Under the pieces are notes generated by a model that worked only from the letters and a program-made list of their open reading frames with translations, was not told the origin of the DNA and ran no database searches. A DNA stretch of 64,000 nucleotides from the human T2T-CHM13v2.0 reference genome, Homo sapiens. Positions 1-34,160 of the stretch are shown in pieces. Location: NCBI RefSeq assembly GCF_009914755.1, contig NC_060940.1. One strand, 5' to 3'. A program made the translations under genes and the position numbers. Position 1 is the first letter of the stretch, and every line of letters starts with the position of its first letter.

Positions 1-275
1 TCTGTCGCCAGGCTGGAGTGGAGTGGAGTGGTACGATCTTGGCTCACTGCAACCTCTACCTCCCGGTTTCAAGTGATTCTCTTGCCTCAGCCTCCAGAGT
101 GGCGAGTGGCTGGGACTAGAGGCTTGTGCCACCACGCCCAGCTAATTTTTGTATTTTTAGTAGAGACGGGGTTTCACCATGTTGGCCAGGATGGTCTCGA
201 TCTCTTAACCTTCCGATTTACCTGCTTCGGCCTCCCAAAGTGCTGGGATTACAGGCGTGAGCCACCGCACCTGGC
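1..275 (-). mobile_element. Alu SINE (truncated by window start)
   Basis: Reverse-complement Alu motifs (ggctggagtg, ctcactgcaacctc, cctcccaaagtgctgggattacaggcgtgagccacc). Confidence 0.95.
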
Positions 276-1934
276 CGTCACACCCCTTTTTCAGACAACA
301 ATCCTCAGAGGTTCTTAGCACCCAGGCAGGGGCTTGAAGGAGTTCATGAACCCTCCCCCACAAATGAGGGGCACATGTTTGTGGGTGCATGTTCTGTGAG
401 TCCCACGGGGTTTCTCAAGTGGGTCTTTGACCAAAGGACGTTAAGGACCTCGACCTTCCATGACCTGTCCCAGGTAGGGGTCAGGATTTGAGCTTTGGCC
501 AGTGGGACTCCCAGGCTGTCCCCATGAGTGGAATCACAGGCTCTGAGGGGGTTTTTCCGGAGGTAAGGCTTTCCTGCAAACTGGAAGGCAGGTCTTGGGG
601 ACACTTGAGTCCCTGGACTTAACCCCCGTGCCCACCTCTGGGGTGTTTTGGCCCGGGAGGCCTGACTGGCCACTCACTCACCCACCCATGGAACATAACC
701 GGGTCCTGGGCTGTGCCCCACCCTGGGTTCCAGCCCCAGCCCGTCCCGCCTCCATCCCCCTTCCTGAGTGCCCCCCAACCTCCACAACAGGCCCCTCATC
801 CTCTGGCCTCTGGAGATCTTAGGCAGCTCAGCTCAGCCTCGGTTTCAGCAGCAGGGGTGGCAAGAGCGCACCTGAGCTGAGGTTGAAGTGGGGGGTAGTT
901 TTCTAGGCCGTTGCCAGGGCGATGCCACCTGAGCTGGGCGCCAGGCACCTGTCGTCTGGGGAACAGTGCAGGCGGGGACCTTCCCCCGGGAGCTAGCGGG
1001 GCCACTGGGCTGAGACGGGGGATGGATCAGATTCCAGAGAGTCCCAGGCGGGCGGGAGTGTGCGATACTCGGGGAGCTGGGGCATGTTTGCATCACGAAA
1101 CTCGGCTGGGGGAGAGCAGAGGCGGCTGGGGAGGGGCTGCGGAAGGAGGAGGCTCAGGAAGGCAAGCCGACGCCCCCTGTGTGTGTTTCTGTCCTGAGCC
1201 TGTTACTTTTTTGACCCCCGATCCGTCTCTTCTTCCTCAGCTTGTCCTCCATCTTCCCCTCCTTTACCCTTGGTTCCCACATGCACAGATGCTACGGACG
1301 CTTTTCCTCCCCTGTCCCCACTCAGCCGCAGCATCCCCCGCTGGCCCCCAGGCCCCTCATCCATCCGCTGCCCACGAACCCCCAGCCCCGCACCCTCCCC
1401 GTGGCTCAGGTCTCCCCTATCCCGGCCTCCCTGCACTTCACTCTGCTCCTCCCCTGCCTGGGCCTTAAAACCCCGCCTGCAGCCGAGAGCCCGCAGAGTC
1501 CCCAGGTGGCACTGTCAGAGTCGCTCAGTGGGAACCTGCGCCAGCCGGCAGGAGACGTGGCTGTCCTCAGCCTGGCAGTGCGTCTGGAGGGCCTGTGCGA
1601 GCTCAGCCCAGGTGTGACAGCGGGGTGGTAAGAGCAGCAGCACCCTCAGGGCATCCGATGGGCGGAGGCCCCTCGAGGTGACACCCACCACTCAGCCGAG
1701 CGGGACTACGAGTCTGCTTTGTGCTCCGCGAGGACCAGAAACACCTGCAAGAGGCACGGAGAGGAGGCGCCTTTCAAGAGGCGCCTTTCATGGAACTGAG
1801 GACTGGCCTGGCTTGGGGACACCAACAAGCCTTCCCCCTCCTGCTGGACACAGAGACACCCACCCAGCACACCAGACACACCCTCTGAGTCACCTAGGCC
1901 GCCTGGGGCTGAGAAGACCTAACCGAGGGGCCAG

Positions 1935-2588
1935 ATGGCTTCGACCGGCTTAGAACTGCTGGGCATGACCCTGGCTGTGCTGGGCTGGCTGGGGACCCTG
2001 GTGTCCTGCGCCCTGCCCCTGTGGAAGGTGACCGCCTTCATCGGCAACAGCATCGTGGTGGCCCAGGTGGTGTGGGAGGGCCTGTGGATGTCCTGCGTGG
2101 TGCAGAGCACGGGCCAGATGCAGTGCAAGGTGTACGACTCACTGCTGGCTCTGCCGCAGGACCTGCAGGCCGCACGTGCCCTCTGTGTCATTGCCCTCCT
2201 GCTGGCCCTGCTTGGCCTCCTGGTGGCCATCACAGGTGCCCAGTGTACCACGTGTGTGGAGGACGAAGGTGCCAAGGCCCGTATCGTGCTCACCGCGGGG
2301 GTCATCCTCCTCCTCGCCGGCATCCTGGTGCTCATCCCTGTGTGCTGGACGGCGCACGCCATCATCCAGGACTTCTACAACCCCCTGGTGGCTGAGGCCC
2401 TCAAGCGGGAGCTGGGGGCCTCCCTCTACCTGGGCTGGGCGGCGGCTGCACTGCTTATGCTGGGCGGGGGGCTCCTCTGCTGCACGTGCCCCCCGCCCCA
2501 GGTCGAGCGGCCCCGCGGACCTCGGCTGGGCTACTCCATCCCCTCCCGCTCGGGTGCATCTGGACTGGACAAGAGGGACTACGTGTGA
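1935..2588 (+). CDS. CLDN9: Claudin-9, single coding exon, 217 aa
   Basis: [13 protein letters not shown]...DKRDYV with the claudin W-GLW-C-C signature, four hydrophobic segments and C-terminal YV PDZ motif; Kozak cagATGG. Confidence 0.98.
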   Translation: MASTGLELLGMTLAVLGWLGTLVSCALPLWKVTAFIGNSIVVAQVVWEGLWMSCVVQSTGQMQCKVYDSLLALPQDLQAARALCVIALLLALLGLLVAITGAQCTTCVEDEGAKARIVLTAGVILLLAGILVLIPVCWTAHAIIQDFYNPLVAEALKRELGASLYLGWAAAALLMLGGGLLCCTCPPPQVERPRGPRLGYSIPSRSGASGLDKRDYV

Positions 2589-3055
2589 GGCGGAGGTTTC
2601 CCCTGGGAGCCCACTGCTCCCCACTGCCCCGCCCTTTCGACCTTGGCCTGATGACCAGATGCCCTGCTCCATCACAACCTCCTTCCCCAGGAAAACCCAC
2701 TTTCCAAAAGCCCAAGCTACACCTGGCTGCAGGGCTGGGTCAGCTGGCCTGGCTGAGCTCTTCTCAGTGGGGTCCCCTTTGATGTTCTCCCCCAAGTTGG
2801 GCAGCCTAGAGGTGTTGGGAACCCTGGCCTGCCCCCACCTCCCCAGTAATTGTTTCCTTCCGTTGCCCAGGACACTGGCTGGCCTTCCTTCTCTTCTGAG
2901 CCCTCCCCTGCCCCAGGAACCCTGGCCTCACCAAAACAGCAGCAGCTCGTTGGCTCCAAAACCAGGGAGCAGACCATGCCCTCCCAACCCTGGAGTTGTC
3001 AGGGAGGGCCTGCCCATCACCTCCCTCTCCCCAACATCCCCACCCTCGAGTTGGA

Positions 3056-3061
3056 AATAAA
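3056..3061 (+). terminator. CLDN9: CLDN9 polyadenylation signal AATAAA
   Basis: First AATAAA seen downstream of the stop codon. Confidence 0.75.
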
Positions 3062-3301
3062 GAGCATTTGTAACTGGGCTCCCTCTAATCTGTGCGCCGC
3101 CGCTGGGGCTGGGCAGGCACAGCCAGGTGGCCTCCCTTGGTGGCTGTCAGGCCAAGGTCTGGCTCTAGGTTCTGCCTGGTGGGTATGCTCACTCAAGCCA
3201 CGGGGAGAGGGGATCGTGACTCACTTATGCCCATCTCTTCCCCTAGCCAGGGTGGGCACTCAGTAACCCGCTGCAACACCAAATGCACTAACAAAACATG
3301 C

Positions 3302-3307
3302 TTTATT
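3302..3307 (-). terminator. CLDN6: CLDN6 polyadenylation signal AATAAA (tttatt on +)
   Basis: tttatt about 620 nt past the CLDN6 stop on the minus strand. Confidence 0.75.
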
Positions 3308-3930
3308 TGATAAAAATGTGAGTGTAAAGGGGGTGAGACGAGGGGGGCAGGGCAGAAGGGTGCAGTGTTGGAGGTGGGGGCGGGGGTCTACATAGCTGGG
3401 ACCTGGCCCTGGGGGGTGGACGTCTTATCAGGACGGAGGAAACAGAGGTCAGAAGTTCCGGAGGTGGGCAGTCCTTTGTTAACAGATCATTTGTTTTTCC
3501 AGGGGTGAAGAGAGGAGCTCCAGAGACCTGAGTAGGATGGGGGGCAGCTGTCCAGTGACATCTAGGGAAGCCCAGCCCCCAGCAGCAGCAGGAACTCTTG
3601 GGGACAGTCTGTCTTGTTGCAAAGCCAGCACAGCAAGCAGCCTCCGCATTAGTTCCATAGCTTGACTGGCTTCTAAGATGGGCATGTCAAGATCCAGAAT
3701 CTCAAAGCATCCCCTCTTTGGCTCCATCATCCAAGGGTGAGAAACAGCAGAGCCTAAGTGAGAGTCTGAGTCAACACCTTGGCTCAGTTTTCAAATGAAT
3801 TTTAAATATCCTCAGTCAAAAGAAAAATAGCAGGAGGCAGAAACAAAAGGTACGAACCCATCCCAAAGCTGTTGGGCACTGCCACTTCTGGATGGCTCTA
3901 GCGCCAGCGGAGCCCCCATTCCCCTCCACG

Positions 3931-4593
3931 TCAGACGTAATTCTTGGTAGGGTACTCAGAGGGCCCCCGAGAGATGGCAGGGGCAGATGTTGAGTAGCGG
4001 GCCATGTAATGGCTGGGGCCCTGGGACCCCCCCGAGGGGCAAGTGCAGCACAGCAACCCCCCACCCAGCAACAAAAGGCCTGAGGCCGCCCAGCCCAAGT
4101 AGAGGGAGGCCCCCAGCTCCCGCTTTTGGGCCTCAGCCACCAGGGGGTTATAGAAGTCCCGGATGATGGCATGCGCCGTCCAGCACACGGGGATTAGCGT
4201 CAGGACCCCTGAGATGACAAAGACAATCCCAGAGGTGAGCACCAGGCGGGCCTTGGAATCCTTCTCCTCCACACAGGTGGTACACTTGGCCCCAGCAAGG
4301 TAGACCAGCAAGCCGAACAGGGCCACAAGGAGGGCGATGACACAGAGGGCACGTGCAGCCTGCAGGTCCTGTGGCAGCGCCAGCAGTGAGTCGTACACCT
4401 TGCACTGCATCTGGCCGGTGCTCTGCACCACGCAGGACATCCACAGGCCCTCCCACACCACCTGGGCCACCACGATGCTGTTGCCGATGAAAGCGGTCAC
4501 CTTCCACATGGGCAGGGCACAGGAGACCAGGCCATTCACCCAGCCCAGCAGTGTCAGGACGACTCCCAGGATCTGCATTCCGGCAGAGGCCAT
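3931..4593 (-). CDS. CLDN6: Claudin-6, 220 aa, single coding exon
   Basis: [10 protein letters not shown]...PTKNYV; ATG at 4593-4591 in a gccATGG context, preceded by a pyrimidine tract and CAG acceptors at 4612-4610 and 4617-4615. Confidence 0.98.
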   Translation of the reverse strand: MASAGMQILGVVLTLLGWVNGLVSCALPMWKVTAFIGNSIVVAQVVWEGLWMSCVVQSTGQMQCKVYDSLLALPQDLQAARALCVIALLVALFGLLVYLAGAKCTTCVEEKDSKARLVLTSGIVFVISGVLTLIPVCWTAHAIIRDFYNPLVAEAQKRELGASLYLGWAASGLLLLGGGLLCCTCPSGGSQGPSHYMARYSTSAPAISRGPSEYPTKNYV

Positions 4594-4900
4594 GGCGAGG
4601 TTGAAGGAGCTGCACTGTGTTTGGGACAGAAGCACAACAAGGTGAGGCCTGGCAGGCCCAGACCTCAGGCCACATGTGGACAGGACTCTAGGGGCATGCA
4701 CCCTGGAAAGTGGTCATCACATCCTGGAACTCAGTCAAGACATGCTCCCTGAGCCTCACTTCTCGTGGGCAAAATGGACACTTAATGCTTTAGCATTTAT
4801 TATTCTTTCTAGTTATGTGACAGGCACTGGCTGATGACAGTGACTGTGCAAGCAGCCCTGCCCTGGCTATCCTGAATGCAAATGAAAGATAACAGGATGA

Positions 4901-5655
<755 letters not shown>

Positions 5656-6720
5656 CCAAAACTTGTTAATTTCAACACTAAGATTGGAGATCCTAAGCTT
5701 CCTCCCACCACCCAATGTCCCTCACAACTTGGTTCCACACCCCAGGCTGGCAGACACCAGGACCAGGAGAGATGAAGAAAAGCATCATTAATCCCCCATC
5801 TAAAAGCAGTTCCTCCCCCAAAGCCAGTGGATAACTCCCTGGCCCCACCCTTCTGACCTGCCCTAGGCGCCGGAGAGCATAGCCTCAAGGCTGAGGGCCT
5901 TTTCCTATGAATTCTAGACGAAAATGCCGTGCTAGACTCCCCTCAACACCAGTTCTCCCACCGCCACCTGGCCTGCACCTGTGTCCCCTCAGTGTTGGAG
6001 GTCGTGGAGGGAATCACTTCTGACTAGGGCCGGGCTGTGGCCTCCCACTGCCCAGAGTACTTTCATTGTACGGCTTGGACCTAAACTTTTCCCGGCCGGC
6101 AGCGGTCGGAGGGCAGGCTCTACTCATTAGCCGGGGGCCCCAGGCCTGGGCGGAGCAGACCACCTTGGGGAGACTGGCTGGGGCACGGTGCCCCAGCGCT
6201 CAGGTCCGGCCCTTAGGCCTCTGGCCGAGTTAGGGTCGGGGCCGCGCTGGTATAGGCGCCCAGGCCTCTCCCCTCTGAGTGTGCCCCTGCCCCTTTCTTT
6301 TTCATGCACTGCATGAAAAAGACTCTGTCCGAGGGCGCCCCGGCCCACCCGACCACCCCAGCCTGGGAGCCGCGCGCCCTGGAGGGGTTCTATAGCTGCA
6401 GTGGCCGCAAGGTCCGCTCCCCCAGGTGAGGGGGAGGGGGGAGGGGCGCCCCGCCCCGAGAGGCAAGGCAGGTGGGGGAGGGGCGCCAGGGGTTTCGGAG
6501 TCTTTGTCCCTGGGGAGGGGGGAGGGGCGTTTAACCCTTGGGAGCCCCGAAGGACCCTATCACCTCGGAGGCTTGGGCGCGGACCGGCCGACCCCCTCAG
6601 GGACTCGCCCATCCAGGTGGCCGCAGCCCGAGTTCGCACGCACCCCTACCCACGCCGCCACCACCCTGCACCCGGCCCCAAGAGGCGTCTCTCCAACACG
6701 CACACTAGCCCCGGACTCAC

Positions 6721-6810
6721 CTGCGAAGGAGATAAGGGAAATTCCTAGGCCGAGTGTCGGGACAGGGGCGGAGGCGGGGGTCTTAAAGAAGCGGTGACGT
6801 CACTGGACCA
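6721..6810 (-). promoter_or_regulatory. CLDN6: CLDN6 non-coding exon 1 and core promoter (GC box, TATA-like TTTAAGA, full CRE TGACGTCA 6795-6802)
   Basis: Minus-strand donor CAG|GTGAGT at 6721/6720, palindrome GTGACGTCAC at 6794-6803, CpG-rich context ~6090-6960. Confidence 0.7.
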
Positions 6811-7096
6811 CCGCCCCGGAGGAGGGGCAGAGACCCTGTCCCTGACGGCAGCGGGCGTGCGAATCCCAGGCTTGTCAGAGGGGGGCGCTGGAGGCTGGGG
6901 TCGCTGGGCCCGCCTCGGGCTGGCAGACGTCCAGACTCACCCAGGGTGAGGGCGCCAGGCTTAGGGTAGAACAGAGCTTGAGACTCCGCTTCACCACTTA
7001 AGCAGCGCGGTGACATGGGGAACTCACCTAACCTTCCCGAGCCTTCGTTTCCTACTCTGCAAAATGGAGATAACAAGTCTGCATTTTATTATGTAA

Positions 7097-8637
<1,541 letters not shown>

Positions 8638-8799
8638 CGTTCGTGTCTGATTTCTATATGTGCTGCCGAAGCGAGCACTCGTGTCTAATTTTTGATTTCC
8701 CCACACCACGCACGCTGGACTAGATCACCGGCTGGGCAAGGAAGGGGGTCTGCGTCCCTGCGGGGTCCTGGCAGCTCCCGCGCCAGGACTTTGTTGAAT

Positions 8800-8969
8800 G
8801 AATGACTGAACTGAGCGGGCGCCGCGGGGCGGGGCGTCCCGAAGCGGACCTCAAGGCGGGCGGAGGCGAGAGCTCCGCCCCGGAAGGCGGGGGCGGGGGC
8901 GGGGCGGCGGCCGTGGGTCCCTGCCGGCCGGCGGCGGGCGCAGACAGCGGCGGGCGCAGGACGTGCACT
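8800..8969 (+). promoter_or_regulatory. TNFRSF12A: TNFRSF12A CpG-island promoter with tandem GC boxes (potential G-quadruplex)
   Basis: GGCGGGGGCGGGGGCGGGGCGG at ~8887-8908 directly upstream of the ATG exon. Confidence 0.7.
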
Positions 8970-10398
8970 ATGGCTCGGGGCTCGCTGCGCCGGTTGCTGC
9001 GGCTCCTCGTGCTGGGGCTCTGGCTGGCGTTGCTGCGCTCCGTGGCCGGGGAGCAAGCGCCAGGTACGCGGGACTCCGGGGTCGGGGAACCCCGGGCCGG
9101 GGCTCGGGAGCCGGACTGGGTGTCTGGAGAACAGCGCCGAACTGGGGGAACAGGCGGATGTGGGGATCTGGGGTCAGGTGGCCTTCAAACAGCTCGCTCC
9201 CGGCTGTGGGAAGTTCCATCACTCTCCAAGCTTCATTCACAATCCGGGCCTCAGTTTCTCCCACCGTCCAATTGGGGTTGGGGGGGGTCTTCAGTTCCAC
9301 AAGTCCGAAGTACTTCGAATGGAGAGAGAAAGTGAGTGAGGGCGGGATGTTTAGTCTAGGAAGGGGCACGCCCCCAGCCTGGTCCGTACAGGGTCTAACT
9401 AGCCCCAGTGATCGACGAGTTGGGGAGGCCGTCGAGAGGCACTAGGGTCTGTGCCCTCTATACCATGTGGGGTGCCCCCTTCCATCCGGTGACTTCAGTG
9501 CCCAGCTATGCGGGGGGAGGGACTGGGGTCGGGCCCGGTGCCCAGGAGTGAGTCACCCGCCGGCGGCAGGGGGGTTGTGGGGACCTGACCCCCCCCACCC
9601 CCAGCGTCCCGCGCTACGCCCTCCCTCCCGGAGCTGCCGTGTCCCGGTCGGGCCGTGCGGTCACCTGTGAGGAATGCGCGGGGAGGGCGCCGGTGACTCA
9701 CGTTATTCGAGCCGGCCGACCCTGACCTCAGACCCCAGAATAGCCGAGTCCCGCCCCCAGCCTCTGACCCGAGGCCCCCTCCCCAGGCACCGCCCCCTGC
9801 TCCCGCGGCAGCTCCTGGAGCGCGGACCTGGACAAGTGCATGGACTGCGCGTCTTGCAGGGCGCGACCGCACAGCGACTTCTGCCTGGGCTGTGAGTGGG
9901 GGGCAGGGCCAGTGGCCAGCGGACCCCAGACTGGGAGGGAGGGTGGCTGGTGCGCAGAGCGGGGCCGAGAGCTTTGCATCTGGGAAATCATTCGGGAGGA
10001 GGTGGGAGCTGGGAGGGGGCTCCGGTCAGGGAGGAGGCCACGTTTGGGAGAAGGCAGAAGGCTCAGTCTTAGGGGGCGGGGCTGGCCTGGAGAGGGGCGA
10101 GGTCTGACTCCGAGTCCCGCCCCCAGGCGCTGCAGCACCTCCTGCCCCCTTCCGGCTGCTTTGGCCCATCCTTGGGGGCGCTCTGAGCCTGACCTTCGTG
10201 CTGGGGCTGCTTTCTGGCTTTTTGGTCTGGAGACGATGCCGCAGGAGAGAGAAGTTCACCAGTAAGTGTGCCCTGGCCTGCCCAGCCCTGTCAGCACTCG
10301 ACCTTTTCTCTGCTGCTGACGACCCCACCTCTTATCTTGCAGCCCCCATAGAGGAGACCGGCGGAGAGGGCTGCCCAGCTGTGGCGCTGATCCAGTGA
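8970..10398 (+). CDS. TNFRSF12A: TWEAK receptor Fn14, 129 aa; exons 8970-9063, 9787-9891, 10127-10261, 10343-10398
   Basis: MARGSLRRLLRLL signal peptide, one Cys-rich domain (CSRGSSWSADLDKCMDCASC), TM segment and PIEET TRAF motif; exons sum to 390 nt; AATAAA at 10932-10937. Confidence 0.97.
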
Positions 10399-11434
10399 CA
10401 ATGTGCCCCCTGCCAGCCGGGGCTCGCCCACTCATCATTCATTCATCCATTCTAGAGCCAGTCTCTGCCTCCCAGACGCGGCGGGAGCCAAGCTCCTCCA
10501 ACCACAAGGGGGGTGGGGGGCGGTGAATCACCTCTGAGGCCTGGGCCCAGGGTTCAGGGGAACCTTCCAAGGTGTCTGGTTGCCCTGCCTCTGGCTCCAG
10601 AACAGAAAGGGAGCCTCACGCTGGCTCACACAAAACAGCTGACACTGACTAAGGAACTGCAGCATTTGCACAGGGGAGGGGGGTGCCCTCCTTCCTAGAG
10701 GCCCTGGGGGCCAGGCTGACTTGGGGGGCAGACTTGACACTAGGCCCCACTCACTCAGATGTCCTGAAATTCCACCACGGGGGTCACCCTGGGGGGTTAG
10801 GGACCTATTTTTAACACTAGGGGGCTGGCCCACTAGGAGGGCTGGCCCTAAGATACAGACCCCCCCAACTCCCCAAAGCGGGGAGGAGATATTTATTTTG
10901 GGGAGAGTTTGGAGGGGAGGGAGAATTTATTAATAAAAGAATCTTTAACTTTAAATGGTTTGGAGAGGCAGTGATCCCCGACTGACTCCCCTGAGCTGGA
11001 GGGAGGGAGTGAGTCAGCCAGCCGCGGGGGCGGGGGTGAGGCTCTGACTCACACATTCTCAATGCCTGGAACTCAGCCGGCAAGGACCTGGCTGGCCCTA
11101 ACAGTTTTCCAGGGAAGATCTTGAGGAGAAACCCCAGCATCCCGCGCCTCTGCCCTCTCCACCATCCCCAAAAGCCCCAGGTTCCAGACTGAAGCCTTCC
11201 TTTGCTCAGCAATCTTTATTCAGTTCTTCTTGGGGGTGGGATGCCTCCCTTCCCATGCTCCCACCCCTCCCATCCCAGAACTCCGTTGGGCTCAGTGTCC
11301 TCTGTTGAGGGAAGGTCTTGGTGCCCAGATGCCTACTCTGCAGGAGAGGGAGGAACCTTGTCCCTTTGCGGGAGTCGCTGGTCTCTTCTGTTGTGGGGAA
11401 GAAGGAAGGTGGGAGGGGCACTGTCCACCAGCAC

Positions 11435-16423
<4,989 letters not shown>

Positions 16424-16677
16424 TAGAAAAGATAGACGTATATTAATTCGGAAAATAGCTCTGTTCACCTGCCCCTGCCACCCACCTGGAGCTCCTGCCC
16501 CACAAAGCTGGCCCCTGCTCCGGATGAGCCCCTGCTCCCGATGAGCCCTTGCCCAGCATCCTGGGGCGGGGAGGGCATCAGCTTCTTTTGGAAGACAATC
16601 TGGGCCCTGTCGCTCCATTGGCCTGAAGAGGAAAGTGAGCCCCTAAGTGGGCAAGGGCAGCCCTCTGGGCCCAGCCG

Positions 16678-24068
<7,391 letters not shown>

Positions 24069-24799
24069 GTCACCTGCAGCATCTGCGGGGACAGGTGGCT
24101 GCGGGACACTCTACTCTGCAGCCTGACAGGGGCTCACCCTCCGCCCAGCACCTGGCCCTCCAGGAATTCTCCACCTGCTGCCAGCCTGCCCGGTCCTGCA
24201 GCCAGGGCTTCCTGGGCCACAAAGGGTTAATGACCTGTGTTTTGGCTACCCAGTTCCGTTAATGTCCCTGGGGTAAACTGAGGCAGGAAGCAGAAGGAAA
24301 TGACCTGCCCAGCCTTTGGCCTCTGCCAGACAATCTCTGTCCCCAGGAAAGCTCATTCCAGTGCTCCAGGGCCACAGGCCACCTCTGCTCCCTGTCCCCT
24401 CTCTTCCCAGAACCCAGCAGTTTGGCTTGTAGCCCCTCGCCATCTGAGACAGTTCCCAGAACCCAGGTTCTCAGGGACTCAGCAGTTGGAGTTGAGCCCA
24501 GCCTCTTCTCTCAGGAATGCAGGACCCTAAGGCTTGGGAACTGAGGTATCTTCGCCCCCAGGAATCCAGCTCCTTCCCCTGCCAGAAGCCCAGATCCCAG
24601 CCCCTGACCTCCCGGGTCTCTCGCCCTCATTCTCCTGCTACCTCCTGAGCAGGTGCTTTGACTCCACCCTCCAGACTCAGAGGTCCCCACCTCCAATGTC
24701 CCCCACCAAGGATTCCCACCCCAGTCCCCATTTTCCACGGGACTCAGGCATTCATGCCCCCACCCCTCCGGACTCAGGAGCCCTGACCCTCAGCCCCCC

Positions 24800-25700
24800 A
24801 GTTTCCCAGGGCCCTGGCGTGGGGCCCAGGACAGGGCGAGGTAACAGGTTGTGCCGGCCGCCCGGCCGCAGCGCGGCTCGGAGTTTCTGTTTACTTCCCG
24901 GTCCGCCCCTGGGGACGGGAGCCCTGGGCTCCCCTAGGGCGGCTCAGGGGCTGGGGTTCAGGGGCTCGGGTCAGAGGGCCCGACACAACAGCTTTACCAG
25001 CCCCAGCCCTCCGGGGGCTCACCACCCACTAGGCACACACACCCGTGCTCTCCCTCCTCCTCTCGCCCGGTGTCCATGTGCAGCCCTGCTCGCAGGACGT
25101 GAGTGTCACGGTGGTCCCAGCCCAGCCGCCCCCAGGCCGCTCCCGGGGACCTCCCTGACTTGGCCCTCGCGGGCCCCGCTCCCCCGCCCCCCTCCACGCG
25201 AGAGACAGGGACCTGGAGACCGCTCCCCCTCCCCTTCCGCACCTAGCTGCCCAGGTGTTGGGGCCTCCAGCCCCAGGCGTCGGAAGCCCAGAGAAGCGGC
25301 TGGGCTCACCCCCGACGGCTGAGTTCCTGCCGGCGCCCCCGGTTCCCCGGCGATCCCGGTTCCCCTGCCCCCGCCCCGGCTCCCCCACCTTCTCCGCCGA
25401 CGCGGCCGGACCAGGCCCTCCCCAGGCTCGAGGGGCCCGGCCCTCGGCGTCCCCCAGGCTCTCACCCGAAGCCGCCGGGCTCCCTCCGAGGTCCCCGCGG
25501 TCTCCGGTCCCCTCTTCCGGAGGCGGCTCCAGGTGTGCGGCCAACACAGGTGAAGGGGCGGGGCCGCGGGAGGGGCCGGGGCGCTCCCTGGCTGCCTGAA
25601 TGGCCGGGCGGGGTCGAGGGAGAGTCGCTTCCACCTGGGTGGGGGGCACTGGCCCAACCTGCTGTGGTTGCAAATGGCCCGGCCAGTTAACTGAGCATCT
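24800..25700 (-). promoter_or_regulatory. BICDL2: CpG island, probable BICDL2 promoter and non-coding first exon(s)
   Basis: High CpG density, GC boxes and minus-strand GTGAG donors (ctcac at ~25305 and ~25461). Confidence 0.55.
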
Positions 25701-25844
25701 ACTGTTTGCAGATCCTACATTGAGGTAGCCTCCGCTCCTTTCCCGTCACGACTGCCTTGCCCTGTGGGGCAGGAAATTATTAGCAATGACAACAACACCG
25801 AATCTGACATCTTAAGCATTCTGCTAAGTAAACTCTTTTTTATT

Positions 25845-34160
<8,316 letters not shown>

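Noticed and set aside
2139-3060. Alternative-frame and antisense ORFs over CLDN9 (294 aa, 218 aa)
   Set aside because: Shadow ORFs of a high-GC3 coding sequence.
4594-4701. 36-aa N-terminal extension of CLDN6 in the ORF track
   Set aside because: It crosses the splice acceptor, so the upstream start is intronic.
8802-9335. 177-aa ORF overlapping TNFRSF12A exon 1
   Set aside because: The upstream ATG is in the promoter region and the ORF reads through the donor at 9064.
24534-25673. Several 180-260-aa Pro/Arg/Gly-rich ORFs
   Set aside because: GC-rich CpG-island artefacts with no recognisable domain.
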